A stretch of DNA of 64,000 nucleotides. Source: Octopus vulgaris. Lineage: Eukaryota. Positions 26,119-39,400 of the stretch are shown piece by piece. How positions within the stretch are numbered: the stretch's first letter is position 1; each line of letters begins with the position of its first letter. Under the pieces are notes generated by a model. That model saw only the letters and a program-made list of their open reading frames with translations. It made no database searches and was not told the DNA's origin. The translations under genes were made by a program, and so were the position numbers. Location: contig OX597839.1 of assembly GCA_951406725.2 (NCBI GenBank), positions 30,256,001 to 30,320,000 of the forward strand, read 5' to 3'.

Positions 26119-26562
26119 TTTTCCTTCAAATTTTCTTCCATTTCCTGCCGAGTGTTTTCCATACGCCTAGGGCAGAGAAGCTCATTGTATGCATTCCCAG
26201 ATTACACATGCAAATTCACAGGTAAAATATGTATTTAAAAAATTAACAAATAAATTCATGAATGGATGTTTTCACAGCGATAATGTTCTTCTCAGTACAT
26301 GAGTCGTTCCAGTTAACATGCTGTTCCTGTTGGGATGGTAAGCCTGGTATCATTTTCAAATAGGTTTCAGTACCTTTTTTTTATCATTCCTAGAGATCCT
26401 ACAATCACTGGTACTGTAGTCGCTTTGAGATGCCACGTTTTTTCAATTTCTATTAGCAAGTCTTTATATTTATTAATCTTGTCAAATTCTTTCGTATCTA
26501 TATTGTGATCGCAAGGAATACTCTTGTCAATTAATAAACGCACCTTTTTTGTCTGATTCCGG
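26119..26562 (-). mobile_element. R4/Dong-like non-LTR retrotransposon 3' end (restriction-like endonuclease domain and 3' UTR) inside a (TAA)n tract
   Basis: LLIDKSIPCDHNIDTKEFDKINKYKDLLIEIEKTWHLKATTVPVIVGSLG fits the RLE C-terminal pattern ID..IP.D.NI..KE..K..KY.DL..EI...W.....VP...G.LG; (TAT)n on both flanks. Confidence 0.85.
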
Positions 26563-29412
26563 TTATTATTATTATTATTTTTGGCATTGAGCTGGCAGAA
26601 TTGTTGGCACATTGGGCAAAATGCTGAGCCACATTTACATTCTGAGTTGAAATTCCATTGTGGTCAACTTTGCCTTTCATCTTTTCAGGGTCAATAAATT
26701 AAGTACCAGTCACACACTGGGGACAATGTAATCAACTAGTCCCCACCCCCAACATTTTAGGTCTTGTGCCTACATCAGAAAAAAATAATTATTTGTTGAA
26801 TGGCTTTGTTGCTTGTTTGTTGGTTTTCTAAAAACTCGAGATCACATGCGATACTGAATGGGTTTTTCTTTTATGTGGGTTGTGTCTAACACAGACACTT
26901 GTACTTTAAAAAAGATACAGAAAGAAATGGGATTTTCATAGCGAGATACATTTGTTAACATGAATGTTCATATCTTGCCACATCTAAGCGAGGTTAGCCA
27001 AAATTCTTTATGGAGAAAATAACAGCAGCATGTATTGCCAGCCCTTGGATAATAATGAAAAAAAGAAGGTAAATAGCAGGGCACAATTATATAAAGAACA
27101 AATGTTTCTTTACCTGAGATGTTAATCCAAGATCAAGAGAAAAGTTAATTAGCTCTGCTTTTTAAATGATGTGTAGAAGGATGTGATCAACTGAGACAGG
27201 GTATTTAGAAGGGTTTACCTGATTTTTAAGATTGAGACAAAAGGTCAAGCTGGTGTGCCACACATCAGCCCATGAGGCCATACCATAATTTATTGGTCAT
27301 AGTTGAGGACATTGGTAGTAAGGGCGCCTCTTGGTGGTATTGAGACCTGTGCTAAATGAAATTGATAATTAGTTGCAAGTTGGTTGTCTATATGGATAAA
27401 CACATCCTAATGGCCCCCAGAAACCTCAAGATCAGTTAATAAGTTCTGGTCATTTTATTAACCAGATTCTTTTTCCTAAAATTTGTGACTTTGTGCCAAA
27501 GTCAGAATTCATAATGAAATGATAGAATCAGGAATTGGGAGAAATCTTGGACTAACTCTATCTTTATATCTCTCAAATTTGTCTCTCATCATTCTAAAGG
27601 GATTCAGATCAATACCAGTTAAATATTGGGGTCAGCATAATCACTTTGAGGCCTTATGCCTATCTTATGTTATTTGAGACATTGACCTTGAAACGGCAAC
27701 AACAACATCTATGGAAAATGCCAATAACTGAATCTGCTGATTGTCATGCTTTAAACAAATGTGGAATGTTTGACATCTTTGGCCTTGCTCTACTAAATTT
27801 GTTTTTTTGTCAGTCTGAGAACAAACCAGTTTCTAAGTCCACAACTATTGTAACTAAGATGAGTGTGTGCTGATGAGGAAAGAGGAGGCTGTGTGTTTGT
27901 GTAAACCTACTGAGTATTTTAAAAATATTTCCTCTCTTTATTTATGGAACATGTCACATGTGGCTGTGTACAGGTGAACACATAAAGATTAGACTGTTCT
28001 GGTGGGGGAGCTGGTAATAACTACCTTATCTGTTGGAAGTAGTTTATGAGAGTTACAACTGTCACACAGCACAGTGCTAGGCTGTTATTTCATATTGGTT
28101 ACTACTGTTTGCACACTCACACACATAACTATAGCAACTGGGGTTCAGAGTTGTAAGCAGACAGGTCAGTGTGCCATCAGCTGCAGAGTTGACAGTCCAT
28201 ATCTCAACACACCAGCATTTTGCTGCTTGTCCATGATCAAAATACTTGGATATTTTGTGTTTATTAAGAGCTGAATTATTACGTGGCCCCCATTACAACT
28301 CAGTTTTGCCATTCATCTCTAGTAGTGTGGAAGAGGTGAAGGTAAATTTCAAGTTTGAGGAATTGGAATTGAAAGACTGCTTTCTTTAGGGATCCTGAAA
28401 AATCCTTATTAAATAAGATGAGCCAAAGTGTGACATTGATGCAGTCATTTAATCTGCCACTAAAAACCTAAATCTCTCCCAACCTCAGGAATCTTTTTAA
28501 AAAGAGGAAGGCACAAGAAGTGTGGTAAGAAGTTTGCTTCCCAACCACATAGTTCCAGGTTCAGTTCCACTGCTTGGCACTTTGGGCAAGTGTCTTCTCC
28601 AATCGCCTTTGGCCGATCAAGGCATTGTGAAGGGATTTGGTAGAGGGGAAATTGAAAGAAGCCTGTCACACACACACGCACACATATATCTACTACATAT
28701 GTGGGAAATTCTGTCTGTGGGTGTGTTTGTGGAGTTGTTAGCTAACTCCTCCTACATCGTTTTATCGATTTTGATAAAACTTGACACGTGAGTAGAACTC
28801 ATGTCTGGAAACCTCATGGCATGCTCAAATTGGTGAAAAAGACCTATAATAGGGCCCCTGGCCCTATTATATATTTTATTTTAAAAGCCAAGGGAATTAA
28901 CCCATTTACCCCTGGAAGGGATCCTTATATATAGCTTAAGGAAATAACCCATTCATTTTCCTAAATTATTTGGTATAAATCAAATTGGGTATGCTTATTT
29001 CTTAGTATTTGAACTGTTAGTTATTTTCACAATTTAACCAGTACAAGTATTTTCCTAAACAATAGATCCACTTATCGGTTAGTGACTTATTCATGAATAT
29101 ACCAACACTAGCGCCCCTGAGGGTAATATTCTCTGGGAACACATTAAAGCCCTTTTCAGGGCTACTTTATTTGAATTCTTACTATCAGGTAACTAATTTC
29201 ATGTTATTACATAACTGACTTCACAATTTAGGTATTCATAACTTATTGGGAATTCCTAAAAACAAGATCCTGTGTAAGACAGTTTGGTTTTTCTCTGTTA
29301 ATGCACAAAAACCATTTAAGGGCTACATACTTTGAATTGTTGTTACTGGATTAGTGAAACAATTATGAGAATGGAACCAAGGGATATGCACTGCTTTCCT
29401 GGGTACGTCAGC

Positions 29413-29461
<49 letters not shown>

Positions 29462-32226
29462 CACACACACATGCGCATGCATATATCTGTGTGTATTTCC
29501 GTGGTCTGTGTCCTCCTGCCACCAGTTGAAAGCCAGTGTTTATGTCCCTGTAACTTAGTGGTTCAGCATAAACAACTGATAGAATAAGTATCAGGCTTCA
29601 AATAAAGAAAAAGTACTGGAGTCGATTTATTCAGCTAAAAGTTCTTGAAGGTGGTGCCCCAGCATGGCCCCAGTCTAATGACTGAAACAAGTAAAAGATA
29701 ACATCAATGCTCACTGTGAGAAAACTTGGACGTTTGTCATTTGAACTTGCTTTGATCAGAGCTGATCTGGGACTAAACAACAACCGAGCAAGTTTATTAT
29801 AAAACTGGATTGACCAGTGGCAGGATTAATCCTGCTCTTTCTCTCTGTCTCAATAGAAAGGAAATAGCTTCTGGACATTAAAGTTGGGAATGTTGAATAG
29901 CCTGATCAATCACTAATTGTCTTCTTCACAAATTGAGATCATCAAATGATTTACTAGTTTTCTGGTTTTGTCATTTCAGAAGTCAGTTATTGGTTCTTTT
30001 ATTGAATGCACTCAAATTATACATTGGCAGTTTTTTTTTTCTTTTTTTTCTTTAGGTTATACATTATTGTTGTCATGTTGTTGTTGTCATCATCATCTTA
30101 GCTTTTATTTGGCTTGGATCATTTTCATCTCTCAATTCACTATTGCCATCTCTGCCATTGTTATGATCATCATTTTTATCTGATGAATTTTCATCATCAT
30201 TATAATCATTGTCGTCATCATAAGATGCTGACAAGTTTGTTTATGGATCCTGTTGAAATAATCCTGACTTGTTTTTCTTTGTTGAATAATTCTGGATCAG
30301 TCTCTTCTCCATTGTCTCTTCTAATGATTATTGTTAATGGATAACCTTTGGCCCCATTTTTAGAAATATTCTGATGAGAATGAGGTAAAGGGAGCGAGGA
30401 TCTAAGCATAGAACAATAACATTTCTACGGATTAGGATTTGTTAGGGGAATGTTTGTTTTCCTGTAAAGTCTAACACCAGTAAGGGAGCTTACTCTCTGT
30501 ATGACTGCCAAAAATAGTAAAGGGTTGGTGCCTTTTAAGTTTAATTCCTGAATTTGTTAGTTCTGTGACTGTATCTATCCACTTGAAGGTTTGCTAAAGC
30601 TCTAGTTTTGTTACAAGATAAAACTTCACTCTATATAGGGTCTACTAGTCTATCATAGATAAAACTTCCAAGTGAGCTAGTGTCTTATTTTGACATGTAA
30701 TTGAACAGGGGCTTTACAGAATGTGATCTGCCTAGAAACACAATATTAACTATCGTTTTTCAGGCAGATGGTGTCTTCATTTAATGCATTCTCTTAATAA
30801 GTCTAGTCTTTTATTGCGTCCACTAGTGTACATTTTCTTAGTGATTCTCTCATCACTATCTCTGGTGGTATGATGAAGTCTCTGCTTAACTGATGAGGTC
30901 AGTAAAGTTGAAACATTCCCAGAGTTGTCTCCCATGCTTCCTGGAATATAAAAAAATTATTAGTCAATGTTTTTTTCTTTTCCCTTTCACTACATAATTA
31001 TTTGTAGTTAACCTTTCAATGCTTCCTTCATTAAACATACTGAAAATGTCTCTGAACTCTGTAGATTCAAAAAGAAATTTTAGTTTCCTACATTCACCAG
31101 AGTACAAATGTGACTTCTTGCCAGCATATTTGGAGAAGCCTCAATATTATCTAGTGGTATTATTCTATGTGAAACCAGTGGTAACATTCCAGCTACTTAT
31201 AGGATGCTAAAACTAGTGATATATTGTTTGACATATATAAAAAGAAAATCTGCTTTATTACTTATGTGTGTGGTCAGGAGAATAAAAGATTCAGTTGTAG
31301 AGGAGACGGGAGCTGATTGAAATCTGATGATGATGGCCAGGAGTTGAAAACTAGTATTTTTGTTGGTTCATCAGGGCCCAGAATTACTAAGCCTGTATCC
31401 TTAGGGGCTGGGATAACAGAAAACAGGGTCTCATGTGAGAAAGACAACATTGGAGCAATGACATCAGTGAATGTTTAGTTTCAGTGTGTGATGAGGTGGT
31501 GATCCCTTCAGTGTTGAAGCTGGGAATACTTGTACTTCTGTGTGTGTGTGTGTGTGTGTGTCTGTTAATGAAATGCAATTTCTAAATGAATATTGGCCAA
31601 AATTAAGTGGCAAATCTTTATGTCCCTTGCTCCCAATGTATTTACGGTCACCTCCATGACATTATTAGGGAGTGACCTGTGATCATTCTTCTTTTATTTT
31701 GTTTTCAAAATTATGTAAAAACTTAAGTGGAATTACAAAAGAAAGCTAAAGCGTTTAATGACTCCATTTTTATTATGGGAATAACCTGCAATATTCTTGT
31801 TTTGTTGTAGATAACTTGAAATTATGTAAAGACATTTAATGATCTTTTAGGATTGAAACCAGTAGGAAAGGACCTCTGCTTGCTGAAGACTGTATTTTCA
31901 AATTTGCACAAACATTAAATAATAATATATTTTGAAATTAGATAAAAACTTTTTATGCATTTTTTTAATATGTGGTGTGATTCATGTGGATCTATGTATG
32001 TGTTTGCACGTATATGTGTGTGTGTGTATATATAAATGTGTGCATACATGCATGTGTTTGTGTATGTATATGTGTATATATATATATTTGTTAATTTTCT
32101 TTGTGTCTTTTATGAACTTTGACCTTTATTTATACAAATTTAAATAAATGTTGATCACCTTCACATATTATCAGTTTCCAATTACCTTTGTCTAAGTATG
32201 TCCTGGTTTTTGTCTTCTGTTGTACA

Positions 32227-32262
<36 letters not shown>

Positions 32263-32342
32263 AAGCTTGCTCATGTGTATGTGTGAAATTGCAAGTGTGT
32301 GTGTACACGAATGTCTATGTTTGTGTGTCCATTCTACAAGCT

Positions 32343-32875
32343 CATCATCATCATCATTGTTCGACCGTGGTCGAGACAATGGAATTTACCATGCTACGCC
32401 AGACTTCACGGCCCATCATGGCATTACGGAGGTCCTGTTGCTGGATGCCTGTATCCCTGGAGAACGTGATCAGAGACAGGACTCGGCAAAGCAGGGGCTG
32501 GACTTATATCCGCAGGTATACCATTAGGTCTGGTTCCCTGGGGAAGAGGAACCCTGGTGCAGTTAATTGTAAATTCCATAGTCTTTTCAAATGGCTAATA
32601 ATGTGTGCGCACGCCACTACTACACACATTGGAAAGCATTGTACAACCAAGTACTAAAGAAGATCTTTCCTCCTCCATGAAACAAAGCTGTTCCCGCTGG
32701 ATGTCAACCCAGTATTTCTAAGCTACGGACCGAGTGATTTATTGTAAGGTTATCTCCCTAGATAGATTGCCTTCACTACGGCTAAGGAGCCCTTTCTACC
32801 CCACTGACACAGGTTGTACTGGTTTACAGTTTACCAGTAGTAGGATCCGATGCTGCATACATCAGACCTGACCTG
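32343..32875 (-). mobile_element. Internally deleted RTE-like element (5' UTR and ORF start joined to ORF end and (TGA)n tail)
   Basis: Candidate 7-bp TSD ACAAGCT at 32336-32342 and 32876-32882; GGGCTCCTTAGCC...GGCAA...CTAGGGAG resembles RTE 5' UTRs; C-terminus RDTGIQQQDLRNAMMGREVWRSMVNSIVSTTVEQ*. Confidence 0.7.
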
Positions 32876-33097
32876 ACAAGCTACCAGTTCAATCTACGTA
32901 GTGCTTAAAATGATGGCCATATATTCAAATTTATTTACGTGTGTGTGTGTCCATTTATATCTTGAATAAAAGCAGTTCTCTAAAATATTATTAACTTCAC
33001 ATACTTGTTTTCACACCTGGTGCTTTGAGAGAGTATATACTCCACCAGGCTATTGCAGCCACTGGAAAATACATGAAGCAAATACATTAAGTATATG

Positions 33098-33134
<37 letters not shown>

Positions 33135-33543
33135 TTAAACATCTGGTTTTCTTACTGGCATGGGTAATATTGTTCAACAGGATCTGACAAGTCCTGGGAC
33201 TATGTTGACCTCCAATGTCTGCTTTGGCATGGTCTTCAGTGGCTGGATTCCCTTCCTAACACCAACAGTTTTCCACCATGTCCTGGGTACTTTATTGTGG
33301 CACCAGTACTAGTGAGATTTCCAAGCAACTCACAAGGTAAACTGCCTCACTCTCTGCTACACCCTCACTCATAACTGAATGGCATTATTGTGGAGAGGGA
33401 GGTGTTTTTACATTCCTGCTCAGTTGTAGGGACCTATTTTGTCTTGCCAGTTATATATATATATAATATTCTTCTTTTACTAATTTGTTTGTTTCAGTTG
33501 TTTAACTGCGGTCATGTTGGAGCACTGCATTTTAGTTGTATTC

Positions 33544-33586
<43 letters not shown>

Positions 33587-35490
33587 CAATCATCGTTTAA
33601 CGTCTGCTTTCCATGCTAGCATGGGTTGGATGATTTGACAGAGGACTGGTGAACCAGATGGCTGCACCAGGCTCCAATCTGATCTGGCAGAGTTTCTACA
33701 GCTGGATGCCCTTCCTAATGCCAACCACTCCGAGAGTATAGTGGGTGCTTTTACATGCCACCAGTACAAGGGCCTGTGTGTATATTTGTGCATGTTTGTA
33801 TTTATCTCTCACCACTTGATAACTGGTGTCGGTTGGTTTACATCCCTGTGACTTAGCAATCCAGCAAAAAGAGGTTGAAAGAGGTGCAGCATATTTTCAC
33901 CCCAGGATCCTAGAAATGTCCATCAGCATCATCATTGCTTGTGCAACATGGTAACGTGACATTGTAGAGATTGGTGTCAACAGTTGTTTCCTTTGTTCTA
34001 TGGTCTGCAAAGTGAGATGGCCAACAGCTGGTGTTGGTGGATGGAAATCGATGGGAGCCGTGCCCCACTTGATTTCCTTGCTGTCCTAGTTCTGTACAAC
34101 ATGCACACATGCTCCCTCCCTCTCTCTCTCTCACACACACAGATACACACACCCACACAGATACACACACCCACACATACCCAAAACACTCTCTCACCCT
34201 CTAACATGCACTTACATATATACATACACATACACGTATACACACACGAGGTGAGGTGTGTGAGAGCAAATATCTCCTAATTGTTCTTTGTGGAGATAAA
34301 TGTAAGTTAGGAGAAGGGGTGGAATATGAAATTAAATGCTGTTAATTAGCCAAGCATTAAACACACACACACACACACATATGCACAAGTGTTACATACA
34401 CAACACACACACCCATTATAATTAATTCATTTTTGCTGTTAATTGTACAATAGAAAATTTGTTTGTGCGTGCCAAAGTGCCTTGTTTATTTATTTATGTC
34501 CATTTAAAGTCCAAACCTGAAGAGGGAAGTTGTATTCTGATCATAGATTTGTCTGATTGAAGTCAATCAACAACACACACACACACACCTTCCCTTCAAT
34601 CATTTATTACAAAGAAATCTGACACTGTTATCCATTAACTACACCCCACCCCCAAACAAGCCCATAAACTAAGGAGACAAGCTTTATGTGGTTGTTGACA
34701 TGCTAGAATTAGCAGCCAAAGTTTCCACAAATCATATTGTATTGTTTCATAAATAGCTGTTTTACATGGTCATGGTTGGAACTTCTTTGATCATAGTCCA
34801 CTGGATCAGAGTGGACTTTTTCAGTTTCCATCTATCACATCTACTCACAAGGTTTTGGTTGGTAGAAGACACTTGCCCAAGGTGTCATGCAGTGGAACTG
34901 AACCCAGAATCATGTGGGTGTGAAGCAAACTTCTTACGTGCTTTGTAGTTAAACTGACCTGGAAATTGGAGTGAAAGATTGACCCAGGACTTTGTACAGG
35001 GGTCCTAAAAGTTGAGTAGGTAGTGAAACAAACTAGCTCAAACAATTAAAAGAGGCAAGTCACCATATCTTTTAATTGTTATGTAGTTTATTGTCTCTAA
35101 ATGATTTAATTGTCTAATAAACAACAATGTACAATGGTTGGAGAGAATTAAAGCCAACGTGTGCGCATGCACACACACACACAGTATATAATAAACAAGC
35201 TGTTACCATTTATTTATTTAATATCTTGATCATTTTTCTGCTGCAGTTGTACGTGGAATGTCTCTACTTACCCCCCCCCCCCCCACTCGTATTGATTAGT
35301 GATCCTGTGCTGAGGGTGTGTCACTTTTTCAGTAAATCCCCTGCCTGACCAGTGGTTCAAACCTTGCCTCTTCCCATGTTTATCATCCCTAGTAGAACAT
35401 TTAAAAAGTCTCTGGGTCTGTCTGTTGAAGAGTTTCAAACATGTCCTTGCATGACAAGTGTTTCTATCTGAAATTGCTTGCAGAGGCTAA

Positions 35491-35708
35491 AGTGATCGCA
35501 GCAGAGAAGCCATAAACTCGGCCATTCACAAACACACAAACGCCTTCAAATTCGCTCAAACATTTGTTTGTTTTGTGGTCTCAATATTTTCTTTGGTTGA
35601 AACGGCAACAACAAATTCTGACACCATTTGACAAACAAATGTTTAAGCGGAGTTTCAGATCTTTGTGTTTCTGAATGGCTAACTTCTGTCTTCCATGCTG
35701 TAATCACT
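35491..35708. repeat. Imperfect ~95-bp inverted repeat (old fold-back/MITE-like)
   Basis: agtgat.../...atcact, gccattca/tgaatggc and aaacatttgtttgt/acaaacaaatgttt pair in nested order. Confidence 0.8.
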
Positions 35709-36358
35709 CTTTAAGAATTGGATGCCTATATATGGATGCACACCTGCACTATTAACCATACATTGAGAGAGAGAGAGAGAGAGAGAGAGCAGACAGAGTG
35801 AGCAGATGCATTTATGCATTAACGACAATATTTCTAATCTTATTCTAAAATATTTTTGATGCTTGTTAAGCTTATCTCTACAGATTTCCTATATACAGGT
35901 CTTTAATTTTGGGGCTATAACCATTGCCTTGCCACTAGAATAAGCCTTAAAGGGTAACAACTAAAGGAGTGCTATGTTTGAGCTAGTTCGCTCCACCAGC
36001 CAAGCCATCACCACTACCAACATAGCTGCCAGAGCTATGGCAATAGTTGTGACAGTAATGTTGTGCTAGCTGCTCTTTGGCCGAGCACAAGCCAATGGAT
36101 ATCTCTGGCTTAACTTCACATGGCTGCTCATCCTCCTCTTTTATGCCTGTTTTCTCCATATTGGCAGGGCTTCTTGAGGCAGTCAATATTCTACACCCAT
36201 CTGCCCCACTTGCTGTTGTCAGTCCTTGTTTGTCAAGTAAAGTATTTCTCTTCTCTTCTCATGTCAGAACCACTGAGCTACAGGATGTATTTATAGGAAT
36301 GTTAACAAACCATCACTGTTTGCTCAAGTGAATGTGTCACTGTGGAGATATGTAGAGA

Positions 36359-36409
36359 ACACACACACACACACACACATACACACACACATACACACAC
36401 ACACACACA

Positions 36410-36482
<73 letters not shown>
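36359..36482. repeat. Long (CA)n microsatellite, about 120 bp
   Basis: Read directly; many shorter (TA)n, (CT)n, (CA)n, (AAT)n and (CAT)n tracts occur throughout the window. Confidence 0.95.
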
Positions 36483-36484
<2 letters not shown>

Positions 36485-39400
36485 GTCTACTTTCCTTACT
36501 GTCATGGATTGGACAGTTTGACAGGAAGTGGCAGATACGACAGTGCCAAGCTCCACTCTTTGCTTTGGCATGGCTTCAATGGCTGGATGCCCTTCCTGAT
36601 GCCAACCCCTTCATAGAGTGGACTGGGTGTTTATTACATGGCACAAGCAGTGGTATAATGGATGGATAGGAACAGCTGTGTTGCAGTAGAGGTGATCCAT
36701 GGCTACCCTGGTGGGAAAGGGGGGAGAGAGAATGAAGATGGCAAAGAAGACATGTTGGGCTGCACCCTCAGGTTAGACAGGGGGGTATATAAGGAGTAAA
36801 GCAGATTAGAAAGGTATAGTGGTCAGGTAAATTGACAAGGGTGCGAAAGGAGAATGGGAGAGGTGAGTAGGAAGAGGAGTTGTTGGGGAGAAGTGTTCAT
36901 TTCCTTTCTGGTCTGGGTAGGACAGCTTTGGATGGGGTTTGATGGATCAGTGGAGCAGGTCTTGCTTTAGTGTTTCGTTAGGAAGGGCTGGATGGGTGCC
37001 CTTCTTAATGCTAACTGCTTTACAGAGTGTACTGGGTACATTTGTCTGGGTACCAGTTCTCTTGAGGTCATGTTACAGTTTGCAGAGCAAAAGGGAACCT
37101 CTATGAAGGGGTCATGGGGAGAATAACAGAGGGAACAGTATTGGGGGTTGGAAAAATGGGGACGGGGGAAGGGGAAAAGTGATGTCAGGGATTAGTGGTA
37201 GGAACAAAGTGGTAATGGTGGTTGGAGGTTTAGTAGGGGACCCAGTGCTGGGGGTGGGTTAGTTTGGCTGTCCTGCCAGCATGGGTTGAAACAGTTTTTC
37301 AGGGTAGAAGGCAGTTATTATTGGAATTACATAGATTTGTTGTTGAGTGATGGTGGGAGGAGTGAGAATGGTGGAAGGAAGTGGGGGAGGGGGTGATAGG
37401 AAGGAAAGTGAAAAACAGTTGTGTGTGTGGGTGTGTATTTTTCTTGTTTCAATCAGGACAACACACACACACACACACACACACCTTTGGAGATACTCTG
37501 TGATTGAGAAGACCCAGCAAGTAAAGTGAGATCACAGCCATGGGCGATGTAAGTGTTGCATGACTGGCCCATTTAAAAGTACTCTTGATGCATCAGGTGA
37601 TATGATATGCTTAAGAAGACCTGTTGAGTCAAGTAAAACCAAAATCGTAGCTGTGGCTAGTGCCACCCTGACTGGCTTCTGTGTCAGTGGCCTGTAAAAT
37701 GCACCCACCCTATTCTCAGAGTGGTTGGTGTTAGGAAGAGCATCCAGCTGTAGAAACATTTGGATCCTGGTGCAGCCTCCTGGCTTGCCAGTCCTCAGTC
37801 AAACTGTTCAACCCGTGCTGGCATGGAAAGCAGACATTAAACTATGATGATGATGATACACAATGGGCTTCTTTCAGTTTCCATCTACAAAATCCACTCA
37901 TAACACTTTGGTTTACCTGAGGCTATAGTAGAAGACACTTGTATAAGCCCAAATATTCTCCTTGTTTTATGTTAAAACTGACTAGATCTAACCTCTCACA
38001 CCTACCCTACAATGCCATTCTAAAAACACAAACATCTCATTGAAATCTTGAAGCTACAAGATAATGTGTGATTAATTCAAAATAATGTGAATAAATAAGC
38101 ATTAAATTCGAGAAAGCAATCTGAATGGTAAAGGGTCAGCCCTGTGCACACACATGCAGGATGGATTCCTGTGTATTTTTCATCTACCAAATGTCACTCA
38201 CAAGGCTTTGGTCAGCCTAGAGCAGAAGATACTTCAGGTATCAGACAGTAGGGTGAAACCCGAGACAATGTGGGCACAAGGTGAGCTTGGTAACCTGTCA
38301 GCTCTGCCTACAACCCATTGGCTAGTTGAAGCCTGACAGAAGCAAATAGCCATCAGGCTTTCATAAATCTTGTTTTATTATCCTGAATGACTCTGGACCT
38401 AATCTAGAAATGATCAGTGCCCCAGCATGACCATTGTTAGAAGTTGTCACTGTTATTATGTTATTGCTAGTCATTTAATTTAATATAGAAGAGAGCCACT
38501 TGTTGAACCATTGTTTATACTCTGCAAAATTAGTTGCAATAAAAGATTTGCTAAGAACAATTTCATGCAGTCATTTTGGTTTCTCCAACATGAAAATTAA
38601 AAAAGAGAAAAGATTTAAACATACTGTTAACATGAAGAAGAATAAAAATAATGAGGAATATATTGGACAGTTATTAATTTGGAACTAAAACTAATCATTC
38701 CATTATTATTGGTTTCTGGCATGACTGGACCTGTTGCCTTGTCGTAATGTTTCTTGTGAAAATTCTTTTCTTTTTGGAACAAAGTTTCTTTTCTTCTTTC
38801 TCAAAGGTAATATATTTTATTTTATTAGGTACAGGCATGGCTGTGTGGTAAGAAGCTTGCTTCCCAACTACATGGTCCCGGGTTCAGTCCTACTGCATGG
38901 CACCTTGGGCAAGGGTCTTCTACTATAGCCTCAGACCAACCAAAGCCTTGTGAGTGGATTTGGTAGACAGAAGCCCTTTGTGTTTATACATACACACACA
39001 CACACATACACATATGGATGTGTGCATGTCTTTGTGTATGTTCCCCACCACTGCTTGACAACTGGTGTTGGTTTGTTTCTGTCCCTGTGGTTCGTCAAAA
39101 GATGCCAGTAGAATAAGTACATAGCTTAAAAAGAAAAGAACAAAAGAAGGGGCCGATTTGTTTGCCTAAACACTTCATGGTGTTGCTCCAGCATGGCCTC
39201 AGTCTAATGACTGAAACAAGTAAAAGATGAAAGGATAATTTATGTGAAGTTGTCTTATGTTTGTGGTTTAGCTAAACATCTGCTCTGAGTTTCAGCCCCT
39301 TTGCCAACCCCACCATCAACATGTCCAGCTGACAAGAGAGCCTCATGTCTTGCTAGAGATAGCAGCCAGATGTAACTCTACCATCTTAGAATATGGGAAG

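Noticed and set aside
27322-27337. GCGCCTCTTGGTGG as a CTCF site
   Set aside because: Two mismatches to the core consensus, including a conserved G.
37140-37180. G-run cluster as a G-quadruplex element
   Set aside because: Lies in low-complexity purine-rich sequence with one long loop; nothing indicates function.
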